Below, in pieces: positions 50,074 through 59,827 of a stretch of 64,000 nt of DNA. Below the pieces are notes generated by a model. That model was not told the DNA's origin. It did no database searches and saw nothing but the letters and a program-made list of their open reading frames with translations. Numbering within the stretch: position 1 is the stretch's first letter; each line of letters starts with the position of its first letter. Origin of the DNA: Promethearchaeota archaeon (lineage in GTDB: Archaea; Asgardarchaeota; Lokiarchaeia; Sigyniarchaeales; SOKP01); contig JBHLNF010000001.1 in NCBI GenBank assembly GCA_048937405.1, positions 976,785 through 1,040,784 of the forward strand. The letters are read 5' to 3'. Position numbers and translations under genes: made by a program.

Positions 50074-51063
50074 ATGAATACATATCAAAAAGATGATTTT
50101 TTAATAAAAAAAGTTAAACCTTTCAATCCAAAAAAAGTTAAAAATATAGATGATCTTATTATAGCTTTAAAAGATTGTGGATTTCAGGCAAGAAATCTCG
50201 GTATAGCTCTTGATATCTTAGAAAAAATGGTTTCTGATGAAAATTGTCTGACTGTATTAACTTTAAGTGGAGCGATGGTCCCTGCTGGGATGGGAAGCTT
50301 AATTTCAGTTTTAATGGAATATAAGTTAATTGATGTATTAATTAGTACAGGCGCCAATATTATTCACGACTTAGTTGACACTGCAAGTAATATAGGACAC
50401 TATTTAGGAAGCACAACTGTCGATGATGATGAATTATTTAAACATCGGATAAATAGAATTTATGATATCTTTCTTCCTGAGGAAAATTATGATAAAGCTG
50501 ATATAAAATTACTAGAAATTATTAAATCTTCATTTGATATGAAAAACATCCATATTACACCCTCGGAATTCCTAAAGAGAATAGGGGATAAACTAAATGG
50601 AACAAATATCCTTTCAATGGGCGCTAAAAATGATATTCCCATATTTATACCAGCTTTTTCAGATTCAGAATTAGCTTTGAAACTGATAAAGTATAATCTT
50701 TATGAAGAATACGATTTTCAATTTGATATTCTAGGGGATGTGAAAAAATTTGGGGAGATAGTTAAAAGATATAAAAAATATGGAACAATAATAGTAGGTG
50801 GTGGCGTTCCTCGAAATTGGGCTCAACAGATCTTTCCCATGTTAGATCAATTCGATAAAATAGAGAAAATGGGATATAATTATTCAGTTCGTATTCATAC
50901 CGCAATGGAATACGATGGAGGACTTTCAGGAAGTACTTTCTCAGAAGCAAAATCTTGGGGAAAATATTCTCTGGAGTCAAAGCACGTAAGTGTTTGGTGT
51001 GATGCTACAATTGCTTTACCAATTTTAATTACAGGTCTATTGCAACGGTTAAAACTTATTTAA
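50074..51063 (+). CDS. dys: deoxyhypusine synthase family protein
   Basis: GFQA, SGAMVPAG, TGAN, GGGVPRN, DGGLSG, EAKSWGK and DATIALP motifs. Confidence 0.92.
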   Translation: MNTYQKDDFLIKKVKPFNPKKVKNIDDLIIALKDCGFQARNLGIALDILEKMVSDENCLTVLTLSGAMVPAGMGSLISVLMEYKLIDVLISTGANIIHDLVDTASNIGHYLGSTTVDDDELFKHRINRIYDIFLPEENYDKADIKLLEIIKSSFDMKNIHITPSEFLKRIGDKLNGTNILSMGAKNDIPIFIPAFSDSELALKLIKYNLYEEYDFQFDILGDVKKFGEIVKRYKKYGTIIVGGGVPRNWAQQIFPMLDQFDKIEKMGYNYSVRIHTAMEYDGGLSGSTFSEAKSWGKYSLESKHVSVWCDATIALPILITGLLQRLKLI

Positions 51064-51216
51064 TCTAATTCAATTATTTTGATAATGAACTGTAATTAAA
51101 ATTTAGATTTAGTCAAAAATATCTAAAAAAAGGTTCTTTTCAAAAAGAAATTTTTTAAAAAGCAAAAAATCTCTTTAATAAATTAGATTCAATATTTTTT
51201 ATTCAGGTAATTTTTC

Positions 51217-52329
51217 TTGAAAGGAGAAATAATATATTTACGCTTAACAGATGTAGGACGTAGTATAAATTTAAAAAAAGCTACTACTATGATTCCTGTT
51301 ATTCAGGATAAAAAAATTATTAAAACTAAAGATACACCATCATATGTTGATTTTCCTGATCCATTAAATTTAGAAGTTACTCAGAAGATAACTTCTGAAC
51401 TAAAAAATATCGAAAATATATCTTTAAATATTAAGATATATGCTGAAGGCGTGATTTCTTTGATAGCAAGACTTGATTTTCATGATTTACCTTTAGATGA
51501 TCTACACAAATTGAAAAAAATCATGTTTACTACTTCAGATGGTAAATTTCAAATAAATGATTTTTTAAAGTATCATCAAAATAAAGTTTTTAAACAAATA
51601 AGAGATTGCATTAGCGAAGAGGGTTTTTTATTTGGTGAATCTGAACATGAAAAATACACATTATATTGTTTAACTGATGATCTAGAAAGCCCTAAAGAAT
51701 TTATTGAGAAAGAAAAGAAATATATTTCAGCTTTACTTATGGGAGAAAACCCTGAACTAAATCTTAGTAAAGAACAAATTGATAAAACATTTAAAAAGAC
51801 TTTTTCATTTTTGAAAAAAGATTATATAATCTTTGATTTTGATAGATGTCTGATTATTGATCCAAATTTAGATTATGACGATATATTACTTGTAGTTGAG
51901 ATTGCAAACTATCAATTGCTTGAATTACGAGTAATAGACAAGCTCTTAGATAAAAGATTAGCTGTAGCAGAAGAAGATATTCTTAAAATTTATTTTAGAA
52001 GCCGAAGTTTATTTAGAAGATTAAAAAAGAAAGTAGGACGCTTAATTCGATTAAGATATGATTTATTATTTTTACTAGAAAACATAGAAAATGTCTCAAA
52101 ATTAATAGGAGATTATTATCTAGCGGAAATTTATAGATATTTATCCGATTTATTTCAATTAGAAGAATGGAGTAAAAGTATAAGACTTCGTTTAGAAACA
52201 CTGGAAAATATATATAGTGTAACTCAAACAAATATAAATGAAAAATTCTTACTATATGTTGAAATTTTGCTTAGTTTTATTTTTATAATGGAATTTATAC
52301 TCCTATTATTTGATTTTTTTTTGAAATAA
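51217..52329 (+). CDS. RMD1/DUF155-like protein with C-terminal TM helix
   Basis: E.AN.QLLELR..D..LD; K..GDYYLA.IY; C-terminal EI...FI.E helix. Confidence 0.6.
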   Translation: MKGEIIYLRLTDVGRSINLKKATTMIPVIQDKKIIKTKDTPSYVDFPDPLNLEVTQKITSELKNIENISLNIKIYAEGVISLIARLDFHDLPLDDLHKLKKIMFTTSDGKFQINDFLKYHQNKVFKQIRDCISEEGFLFGESEHEKYTLYCLTDDLESPKEFIEKEKKYISALLMGENPELNLSKEQIDKTFKKTFSFLKKDYIIFDFDRCLIIDPNLDYDDILLVVEIANYQLLELRVIDKLLDKRLAVAEEDILKIYFRSRSLFRRLKKKVGRLIRLRYDLLFLLENIENVSKLIGDYYLAEIYRYLSDLFQLEEWSKSIRLRLETLENIYSVTQTNINEKFLLYVEILLSFIFIMEFILLLFDFFLK

Positions 52330-52354
52330 ATAAAATACTTATTTCAAACTTAAA

Positions 52355-53566
52355 TCATAAGAAGATATTAGAATCAATTAAATTCTCTTTTTTTTTAGAC
52401 ATAATTTTATCTATTGCCATGATAAAATCTTCAATAGAGACTATTTCAGAATTCCTCCTTATAGCAAACATTCCCGCTTCCGTGCATATACCTTTTATAT
52501 CAGAACCTGTTGCACCTTTAGTAAGAACCGCTAATTCTTTCAATTTAATATTTTCTTCAAAATTAAGGTTTTTAGTATGAACTTTAAAAATTGCTTCTCT
52601 TGCTTTTTCATTAGGAATAGGGAATTCTACTAATCGATCAAATCGCCCTGGTCTTAGTAAAGCTGGATCCAATACGTCTTCTCTATTTGTTGCAGCAATA
52701 AATTTAATGTTTCCTCTTTGATCAAAGCCATCTAATTCATTTAATAATTGCATTAGGGTTCTATTTACCTCTCTATCACCAGAAGTATCATCTTGCATTC
52801 TAATGGCTCCAATTGCATCTATTTCATCTATAAACAAAATGCTTGGCGCTTTTTGTCTTGCTAAGCTAAAAATTTCTCTAACATATTCAGATCCTTCACC
52901 AATAAATTTTTGAACCAATTCTGTAGCCACTATTTTAATAAATGTTGCATTTGTTTCATGAGCAACAGCTTTAGCTAATAAAGTTTTTCCTGTGCCTGGT
53001 AAACCATAAAAGAGAACACCCTTAGGAGGTTCTATACCTATCCTAATAAAAACTTCTGGTTTCTTTAATGGTAATTCTATTATCTCTTTTACTTCTCGAA
53101 TTTGATTTTCTAAGCCTCCTATATCCTCATAACAAACATCATGAGGGGCATCTATTATTTCCATCCCTCTCACAAAGGGATTAAAATTAGGGGGTAAGAT
53201 CTCCATTACAGCATAATTTCTTTGGTTTAATCCCACATGTAATCCGGGGACAATTCTCATTTTTTGCAATCTCCCACATATTCTTACTATAAAGCTAGAA
53301 TTAGGTGGACAATCAACAATAGCACGATCATTAATATCATCTAAAACATCAGTTATATATCCAGAGATTAAGGGAAGTTCGCTTAATCGATCAACATCTC
53401 CTTGTAATCTCTTTATCTCTGATTCTGCTTTTGCAGTACTGGCTTTTAATAAATTTATTTCTATTTCATAATTCTTTATTTTTTTCTCTAGATAACGCAT
53501 ATATGAAATTATTTTCTCATCTTCTTCTGGATCTTTTTTACCATTTTCAAATTCTGTAGCTGACAT
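52355..53566 (-). CDS. pan: proteasome-activating nucleotidase (AAA+)
   Basis: coiled coil + OB; DIGGL, PPKGVL.YG.PGTGKT, FIDEIDA and DPALLRPGRFDR motifs. Confidence 0.95.
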   Translation of the reverse strand: MSATEFENGKKDPEEDEKIISYMRYLEKKIKNYEIEINLLKASTAKAESEIKRLQGDVDRLSELPLISGYITDVLDDINDRAIVDCPPNSSFIVRICGRLQKMRIVPGLHVGLNQRNYAVMEILPPNFNPFVRGMEIIDAPHDVCYEDIGGLENQIREVKEIIELPLKKPEVFIRIGIEPPKGVLFYGLPGTGKTLLAKAVAHETNATFIKIVATELVQKFIGEGSEYVREIFSLARQKAPSILFIDEIDAIGAIRMQDDTSGDREVNRTLMQLLNELDGFDQRGNIKFIAATNREDVLDPALLRPGRFDRLVEFPIPNEKAREAIFKVHTKNLNFEENIKLKELAVLTKGATGSDIKGICTEAGMFAIRRNSEIVSIEDFIMAIDKIMSKKKENLIDSNIFL

Positions 53567-53598
53567 TTTATCAACTGGAATTGCTATTTTAATTATTA

Positions 53599-55533
53599 TT
53601 ATGTTAATCCAAGCCTTTTTAATGCAGCCTCTAAAATTCTTTTTAACATTTCTTTATATGGAATATTTACAAAATTGCACATTTTTGCTAGATGACCATC
53701 CCAACACCAACCAGGATTTGGATTTACTTCTAAAAGCTTAGGATTTCCTTTTGAATCTAAGCGCCAATCAAATCGGGCATAATCTTGACATTCTAATCGT
53801 TCAAATAGTTTGAGAGAAGAATTTTCGATAATTTCTTTCGCATCTTGAGAAAGAACTGCTGGAAAAGATTTAATATTCCAATAGGGAGAATCTGGTAACC
53901 ATTTTGCCTCATAACCGCATATTTTTGGCAATTCTGGAGGTAAATTTGAATAATCTTCTTCAATTATTGGCAATATAATAAAATTATCTGGAGGATTTCC
54001 AATAATTCCAATTGTGAGATCCTTACCAGTAAGAAATTGCTCAACTAAAATTGCTTTATCATATCCAAATTTTTCACGTATTTCTGAAATAGCATTTAAT
54101 AAGTCTTCTCCATTTTTAACCACACTTCTTTGAGTAATGCCAAAACTAGAATCACCGAAATTAGGTTTTACAATGGCAGGAAAATATAATGGTAAATCAA
54201 TAATTTTATCTTCAGGTTTAACATATATAGCTTCAGGAACAGGGATCTCTAATTCTTTTGCTATACCTCTTACTAACGATTTATCATAACAAAAGGCAAG
54301 ACATTGAGGTCCAGATCCTGTATATGGAATTTTGAGAATATCTAATAAAGCAGGTAAATGTAATTCTTTTCTTGCATCATTATAGTAACCTTCATCACAC
54401 AAATTAAATATTAAGTCAATTTTGCCATTTAGTCTATGTAAATCTTGAATAAGAGTGTTATGATTATCCATATATGAAAAGTTGCAGTCATGTAGTTCCT
54501 TTAATGCGACTTTTAATTGATTTATTGTAAAGAAATCATCATCATCAAATTTTTGTAAAGGTTTAAGTAAATCAGGTTTATTAGGGTCTCCAAAAATAAC
54601 AACGATATTTTTATTAATATTATTTGTTTTTTTTTTAATCTTTGTCCATTCTTTTCTAACGGTTGCACTAACAACAATTCTTTTTTCCATCATTCCTAAA
54701 TCTTGATCTCGTTGAGATTCAGAAGTTATTGAACCATGAAATTTTATATCACTAAAACCGACTTTTTTCAATAAATCTGAAATACCTATTTTCGAGTATA
54801 ATCTTTCTGCATAAAATTGATCGATTAAAACACCCTTATTTACATGGTTAATTACTTCCCGCGAAATTAATTTTTGTTTGTCTAAAGATAATGATCTTTC
54901 TCGACAAACAAAATATTCTTTATCAATCCATTCCCAGGAACGCGATTGATAATTATCTTTAATATATTCTCCATCAGAAATCTCTACTAAAATTTGTCCC
55001 CAAGGCTTTAAAACACGAAATACTTCTTTTAATACAAGAAGATCATCTTTTATTGATTCAAAATAACCAAAACTATTACCTAAAATCAAGACAAAATCAA
55101 ACTTATCTGTATTAAATGGTAATTTTCTAGCATCACCTTCGCGAAAGTTGCATGAAACTCCATTTTTTTTTGCGTCAGCTTTAGCTTTTTGAATTAAATA
55201 TCTTGAGCGATCTAATCCCAAAATATTTTTAAAACCATTTTTGGCTAATTCAATGGAATGTCTTCCTTGTCCACAACAAAGATCCAGAATCTTATTATCT
55301 AAATCAAATTCCATAATTTTTGAAAAATATTTAACCTCAAATTCAGTAATTTTTTGATCTTCTACCACATCACCATCCGTTTTTAGATAATACGAGTTAA
55401 ATATCCTTTTCCACCAATCCTTTTTGACATATTCTTCCAAGTCAACAACAGGACCTAAACATACTACATTATTTTTTTCTTTCTTAGCAAAATTTTTTCT
55501 ATTATTATTTAAATTTCCTATTTGAGTTGTCAT
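53599..55533 (-). CDS. class I SAM methyltransferase fused to D-Ala-D-Ala ligase-like ATP-grasp domain
   Basis: LDLCCGQGRH, GDAR and GNSFGYF; PYTGS, DK, VKP...SSFGI, ARFDWR and EVNPNPG. Confidence 0.92.
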   Translation of the reverse strand: MTTQIGNLNNNRKNFAKKEKNNVVCLGPVVDLEEYVKKDWWKRIFNSYYLKTDGDVVEDQKITEFEVKYFSKIMEFDLDNKILDLCCGQGRHSIELAKNGFKNILGLDRSRYLIQKAKADAKKNGVSCNFREGDARKLPFNTDKFDFVLILGNSFGYFESIKDDLLVLKEVFRVLKPWGQILVEISDGEYIKDNYQSRSWEWIDKEYFVCRERSLSLDKQKLISREVINHVNKGVLIDQFYAERLYSKIGISDLLKKVGFSDIKFHGSITSESQRDQDLGMMEKRIVVSATVRKEWTKIKKKTNNINKNIVVIFGDPNKPDLLKPLQKFDDDDFFTINQLKVALKELHDCNFSYMDNHNTLIQDLHRLNGKIDLIFNLCDEGYYNDARKELHLPALLDILKIPYTGSGPQCLAFCYDKSLVRGIAKELEIPVPEAIYVKPEDKIIDLPLYFPAIVKPNFGDSSFGITQRSVVKNGEDLLNAISEIREKFGYDKAILVEQFLTGKDLTIGIIGNPPDNFIILPIIEEDYSNLPPELPKICGYEAKWLPDSPYWNIKSFPAVLSQDAKEIIENSSLKLFERLECQDYARFDWRLDSKGNPKLLEVNPNPGWCWDGHLAKMCNFVNIPYKEMLKRILEAALKRLGLT

Positions 55534-56361
55534 TTTAAGTATAGATTACCATTTTGATTTTGATAAATTTAACAAAAGATAAAGGTATTTTAATTCGAAT
55601 GAAGATCTCAAAATTTTTGCATTATTACTATAGGATGAGATACAAAAATTAATCCTTCTAAATTTTTCAATCGAAATATTACCTATCATCGACTATTTAA
55701 TCGGTTACCCTTAATATGTTATTTAGATTTAACTTTACTTCATTCTATTAAAATTATTTACTTGAAATTAATAATAAATAAACTCATTTAAAAACTTTTC
55801 CATAAGATTTTTACTCTTAAAGACAAATTTTAATGTGATTTAATAATTTACAAATATTATCATTTATCTCCAATCTTAGACATGGGATATAAGAATAATC
55901 CAATCAGATAAATGTGAATTTAATTTAACATTTTCTTTTCTTTTTGCAGCCATTTCAGAATGTTGGGCGATTGAATATAAAGATTTTATCTTAATTTTTA
56001 AAAATAAACAAGTAGTACAAAAAATATTTTCAAAGTTAGAATTTATCATAGAAATTTTAAATCTCCAATAATTTATTGATTTTTCTAAGACTAATGTAAA
56101 TAATACACGACTGATTTAGAATTAAATCTTTTTTTAATAAATATGAAGAATATTATTTTAACATTGATAAGAATTAGCTCTTAGAAACAATAAGAGTGAC
56201 CAAAGACAATTTTAAATATCAATCTATTTGAAGTAATTTACTTTCTTATAACTATTGTTATTTTAAACAAAAAAGTTTAAATATTAAAATTGTTTTTTAT
56301 CCTAATTGAAATTCTATTAATAATTTATATTATTATAAATAGCTAAAAAGAGGTTGAAATA

Positions 56362-56496
56362 TTGGCTTCAAAACGCAAAGGTGGAAGGAAGAAATTCGAG
56401 GAAGAGGATGATTGGGATGAAGAAGTAGAATATGATGATGAAGACTGGGATGAAGATTGGGATGACAATGAAGAATTTGGAGAAGACTTTTATTAA
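56362..56496 (+). CDS. unannotated 44-aa microprotein with basic N-terminus and acidic Trp-containing tail
   Basis: MASKRKGGRKKFEEEDDWDEEVEYDDEDWDEDWDDNEEFGEDFY*; GAGGT SD before TTG; purine-rich coding island in AT-rich spacer. Confidence 0.8.
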   Translation: MASKRKGGRKKFEEEDDWDEEVEYDDEDWDEDWDDNEEFGEDFY

Positions 56497-56610
56497 TTAG
56501 TCCTATAACATCCATTAAAACATAATAAATTCATTCCTAGATTAAATAAAAATCGAACTTTTTTTTGTATAATATGAATTATATATTAATTCAAAATCTT
56601 AATATTAAGC

Positions 56611-57282
56611 ATGAATAAGGAAAATAAAACTTATCTAGCAATTTTAATATTGATAGGGGGGAAAAGTACACGTTTTGGTGTAGAAAAGGCAATCATTGAA
56701 TTCTATGGAAAGCCTCTGATATTACACCAAATAGAGATATTATCTAAATTTGAACAAGATATCTATTTAGTGGCTCATTCTGAAGAACAAATTTCTAAGT
56801 ATCGCAAACAAATAGAGTTTCCTAAAGATGTTAATTTTATTGTAGATGATAGAGATATTTTTGAATATTCCAGAATTTACAAACCAATGCTAGGGATCTA
56901 TTCTGGTTTTAAAGAACTGAATAAATTGGGTTTTGAAAAAGGATTTCTATTATCATGCGATATGCCCTTTATTAATCCAAAAATAATTAAATTGATGATT
57001 AATGAATCTCAAGGATTTGATTGTACTATTCCAAAGTGGAATAATGGTTTTTTAGAACCTTTCTTTGCAATTTATCCAGTAGAAAAGGGATATCTCAGAG
57101 CTAAAGAGATACTAATTAATGAAAATTATGGATTAATTAATTTGATTGATTCAAAATGGAATATAAATTATGTCTCAGTAGAAAAATCAATTCAACCTTT
57201 AGATAAAAATCTTGTAAGTTTAATTAACATAAATGGTCCTATTGATCTTGTCAAATTAGCTAATCTATCTAAGCAAGAATAA
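56611..57282 (+). CDS. mobA: molybdenum cofactor guanylyltransferase
   Basis: LIGGKSTRFG.EK, P..GI..G, CDMPF, EP..AIY and NIN...D motifs. Confidence 0.92.
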   Translation: MNKENKTYLAILILIGGKSTRFGVEKAIIEFYGKPLILHQIEILSKFEQDIYLVAHSEEQISKYRKQIEFPKDVNFIVDDRDIFEYSRIYKPMLGIYSGFKELNKLGFEKGFLLSCDMPFINPKIIKLMINESQGFDCTIPKWNNGFLEPFFAIYPVEKGYLRAKEILINENYGLINLIDSKWNINYVSVEKSIQPLDKNLVSLININGPIDLVKLANLSKQE

Positions 57283-57349
57283 GTTATTCTTTAATATATA
57301 TAAGAAAATTTTTTTTAACAAATAGAGATTTTTCTTCAATGGATTAATT

Positions 57350-58252
57350 TTAACATAAAATATATCCATTTCCTTTTTGTTCTACTAAGCCCTTGGTTAT
57401 GAATTTATCAAAATGCTTTTGTATCATTATCATTTCGGATATAAGTTCATAATCCTTAAATAAACTATAATATTTATAGACTAGATTTTTACCTTTCAAA
57501 TCTATTGCACTTTTTGGATTAGTTTCAGATAAATTTGATAAAATTCGCTCATCAGTTTTATCAATAATAGATTGATATTTATCTAACTCTGTTCTTATTT
57601 CTTTCACACCTCTCATTACTCCACGATGACCAGTAATAGCAATATCCATATTCATTTCTTTAAGTTTTTTAATTGATCTTTCAAAGTCTATCAAATTTGA
57701 ATCCACGCCTCCATAAAATACAAACCTAGTGAGATCAATATCAGCAAGAAAACCGATTTTAGAATTAAGTTCAAAAAATGCACAATGTCCAGCTGTATGT
57801 CCAGGAGTATGAAGGACTTTCAATTCATAATTCGTTCCGATCTTAAGAATTTCATTATCTTCTATAGTTTTTTCTATTCTGGTATTTTCATATCTAAGCC
57901 CTTCCATAAGCCAACCCATTGCATCATCTCCGTAAGAGTCTGAAACACCATAATACTCATAAAATTTATCTACATTTTCTATCAAGAATTTATCTTCTGG
58001 ATGGATATAAAATTTAGCATTTCGTAGTAATCTATTTCCTGAAATATGATCTTCATGCCAATGAGACAGGATTACATTATTTATTGTATATATTCTTTTA
58101 AACTTTCTTAAGAGTCTACTTGAGATTCCTGTATCTATTAAATAGTCTTCTATAAGTAAAGAGTTTGAAAAAGGATATTTACCATCCCTGGCTCCTTTTA
58201 TAAACTTAATTTCTTTAAATTCTTCAGAAAGAGTTTCTATAAAATCATTCAT
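57350..58252 (-). CDS. MBL-fold metallo-hydrolase
   Basis: IDTG, SHWHEDH, HTPGHT.GH and TGH motifs; ATG start preferred. Confidence 0.92.
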   Translation of the reverse strand: MNDFIETLSEEFKEIKFIKGARDGKYPFSNSLLIEDYLIDTGISSRLLRKFKRIYTINNVILSHWHEDHISGNRLLRNAKFYIHPEDKFLIENVDKFYEYYGVSDSYGDDAMGWLMEGLRYENTRIEKTIEDNEILKIGTNYELKVLHTPGHTAGHCAFFELNSKIGFLADIDLTRFVFYGGVDSNLIDFERSIKKLKEMNMDIAITGHRGVMRGVKEIRTELDKYQSIIDKTDERILSNLSETNPKSAIDLKGKNLVYKYYSLFKDYELISEMIMIQKHFDKFITKGLVEQKGNGYILC

Positions 58253-58378
58253 TACAATTTTTATAAAATTATCGTAATTTTTAATAATTTTTAAAACCAA
58301 TAAGTTAGAATAAGAATAATAAGAAAAATATTAGATTTGAATTTTGGGTAAGAAAAGAGGCAATATCCATTCTAATTT

Positions 58379-58732
58379 TTATTCATAAATCAATGAGTTA
58401 TGTACCTCCTTTTCTATCATTATTGGAATTGTAATGGGCATTGTTTTGAGATCTTCAATTTTATTTATTGAATCGCAGTTCCAGAAGCTATCTTTTTTTG
58501 TTTTAAAGTTGGAAAATTTAGGCTCAGAAGCAATTTTAATATAAGCATCATATGACTTACATCTTCCAAATGCTAATGTATCATATTCTAAGAAAATACC
58601 GCAATTCCACTTTTGCGTTGTATTTTCATTTATACATTCTAATTTACTATATATTGATTTATCTTCACAAACTCGGCATATTTTTCTATCATAATAATAT
58701 TTTTCTCCACACTTGGGGCATTTTAATGACAT
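58379..58732 (-). CDS. zinc-ribbon-containing hypothetical protein
   Basis: CPKCG...C..C; two WNC motifs. Confidence 0.65.
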   Translation of the reverse strand: MSLKCPKCGEKYYYDRKICRVCEDKSIYSKLECINENTTQKWNCGIFLEYDTLAFGRCKSYDAYIKIASEPKFSNFKTKKDSFWNCDSINKIEDLKTMPITIPIMIEKEVHNSLIYE

Positions 58733-59005
58733 TTTTAAACACTTTTTTTATTTTTTATACTATTTGAAGGGAATAAATTCCCTCATTTTTAATCCTATAA
58801 ATATAATTATGATCACTTATATATAAACCTTTACTTTTTCTAGCTCATATGGTTACAAAAAGTGTATGATCAATCATTATATGACATATAAATATCATCG
58901 AATAATGAACAAATAATCTCATCAATAATTTTTATTGTACTTTTAAATAATATTTATCAAATGTAAGTTAAGATGATAATAATCTAAATAGAAAGGTTTT
59001 GAAAA

Positions 59006-59170
59006 GTGTATTATTATTGTCCCAATTGTACTTCAATGAAAATGCCAAAGGTCTTAAATTACTATCCACCTAAAACAGTGAAATGCATGGAGTGTGGGTA
59101 TATAAATACAGAGAATAAATTTATAAAGGAACAAGAAAAAAAATTTGCACCACTTCATTATACGCATTGA
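59006..59170 (+). CDS. unannotated 54-aa zinc-finger microprotein
   Basis: (GTG)YYYCPNC...VKCMECGY...HYTH*; AAGG upstream. Confidence 0.75.
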   Translation: MYYYCPNCTSMKMPKVLNYYPPKTVKCMECGYINTENKFIKEQEKKFAPLHYTH

Positions 59171-59289
59171 AGTCTAAATATATTCTTATTTTTTTAAAAT
59201 TTTGATAAATTATTAATGAAATTTTAATAGATTTTAAATTATCGAAAAAGAGATTGAAATCTGTACTAAAAAAGGTTTTTTTTAAATGT

Positions 59290-59466
59290 TTATTTTAATG
59301 CATAATAGCAACGCTTAGGAGAAAATACTTTGCCTTCCTCACGCAATTCTTTTATGATTTTTGATACTTCTTTAGATTCAACACCAATTTGGTCGGCAAT
59401 CTCGCCCGGACGTAAAGGCTTAGAAGTACTTTTAAAAACACTTAATATTTTCTCTTTAGTTATCAT
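59290..59466 (-). CDS. unannotated 58-aa winged-helix protein
   Basis: MITKEKILSVFKSTSKPLRPGEIADQIGVESKEVSKIIKELREEGKVFSPKRCYYALK*. Confidence 0.85.
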   Translation of the reverse strand: MITKEKILSVFKSTSKPLRPGEIADQIGVESKEVSKIIKELREEGKVFSPKRCYYALK

Positions 59467-59827
59467 AATAATTTCTAATCTTTGATTGCATTTAATTTTA
59501 GTTGTAATAATTTAATATGTCAAAATTAAGTATTTTTTTTGTTTGAATGATTAATTCATTGGAATGTTTTAAAAATCTTTGAATTAAGTATATAATTTTC
59601 CTTTAGAAAGAAGAATGTTTAATTAAGCTAGTATAACCTTACCTGATGGAATTCTGAGTTCAATAAAAATTGAGTTCAAATTTAAGAGTTTATCAAGGAT
59701 TGAATTTACTATTGGAGGTATTAGATTTAATCAATACCAAAATTATTATTTTAAGTTGAAACAATTTTAAATCTTACCTTAAATACTTAAACCTAATTAA
59801 ATCATATTTTTGTTGATAAGGCTAAAA

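Noticed and set aside
55546-55689. 47-codon minus-strand ORF just upstream of the methyltransferase/ATP-grasp gene (possible leader or substrate peptide)
   Set aside because: No motif or clear SD; compatible with chance in AT-rich DNA.
56333-56515. His/Pro/Leu-rich 60-aa minus-strand ORF from the track
   Set aside because: It is the antisense shadow of the acidic plus-strand microprotein, which has the SD.
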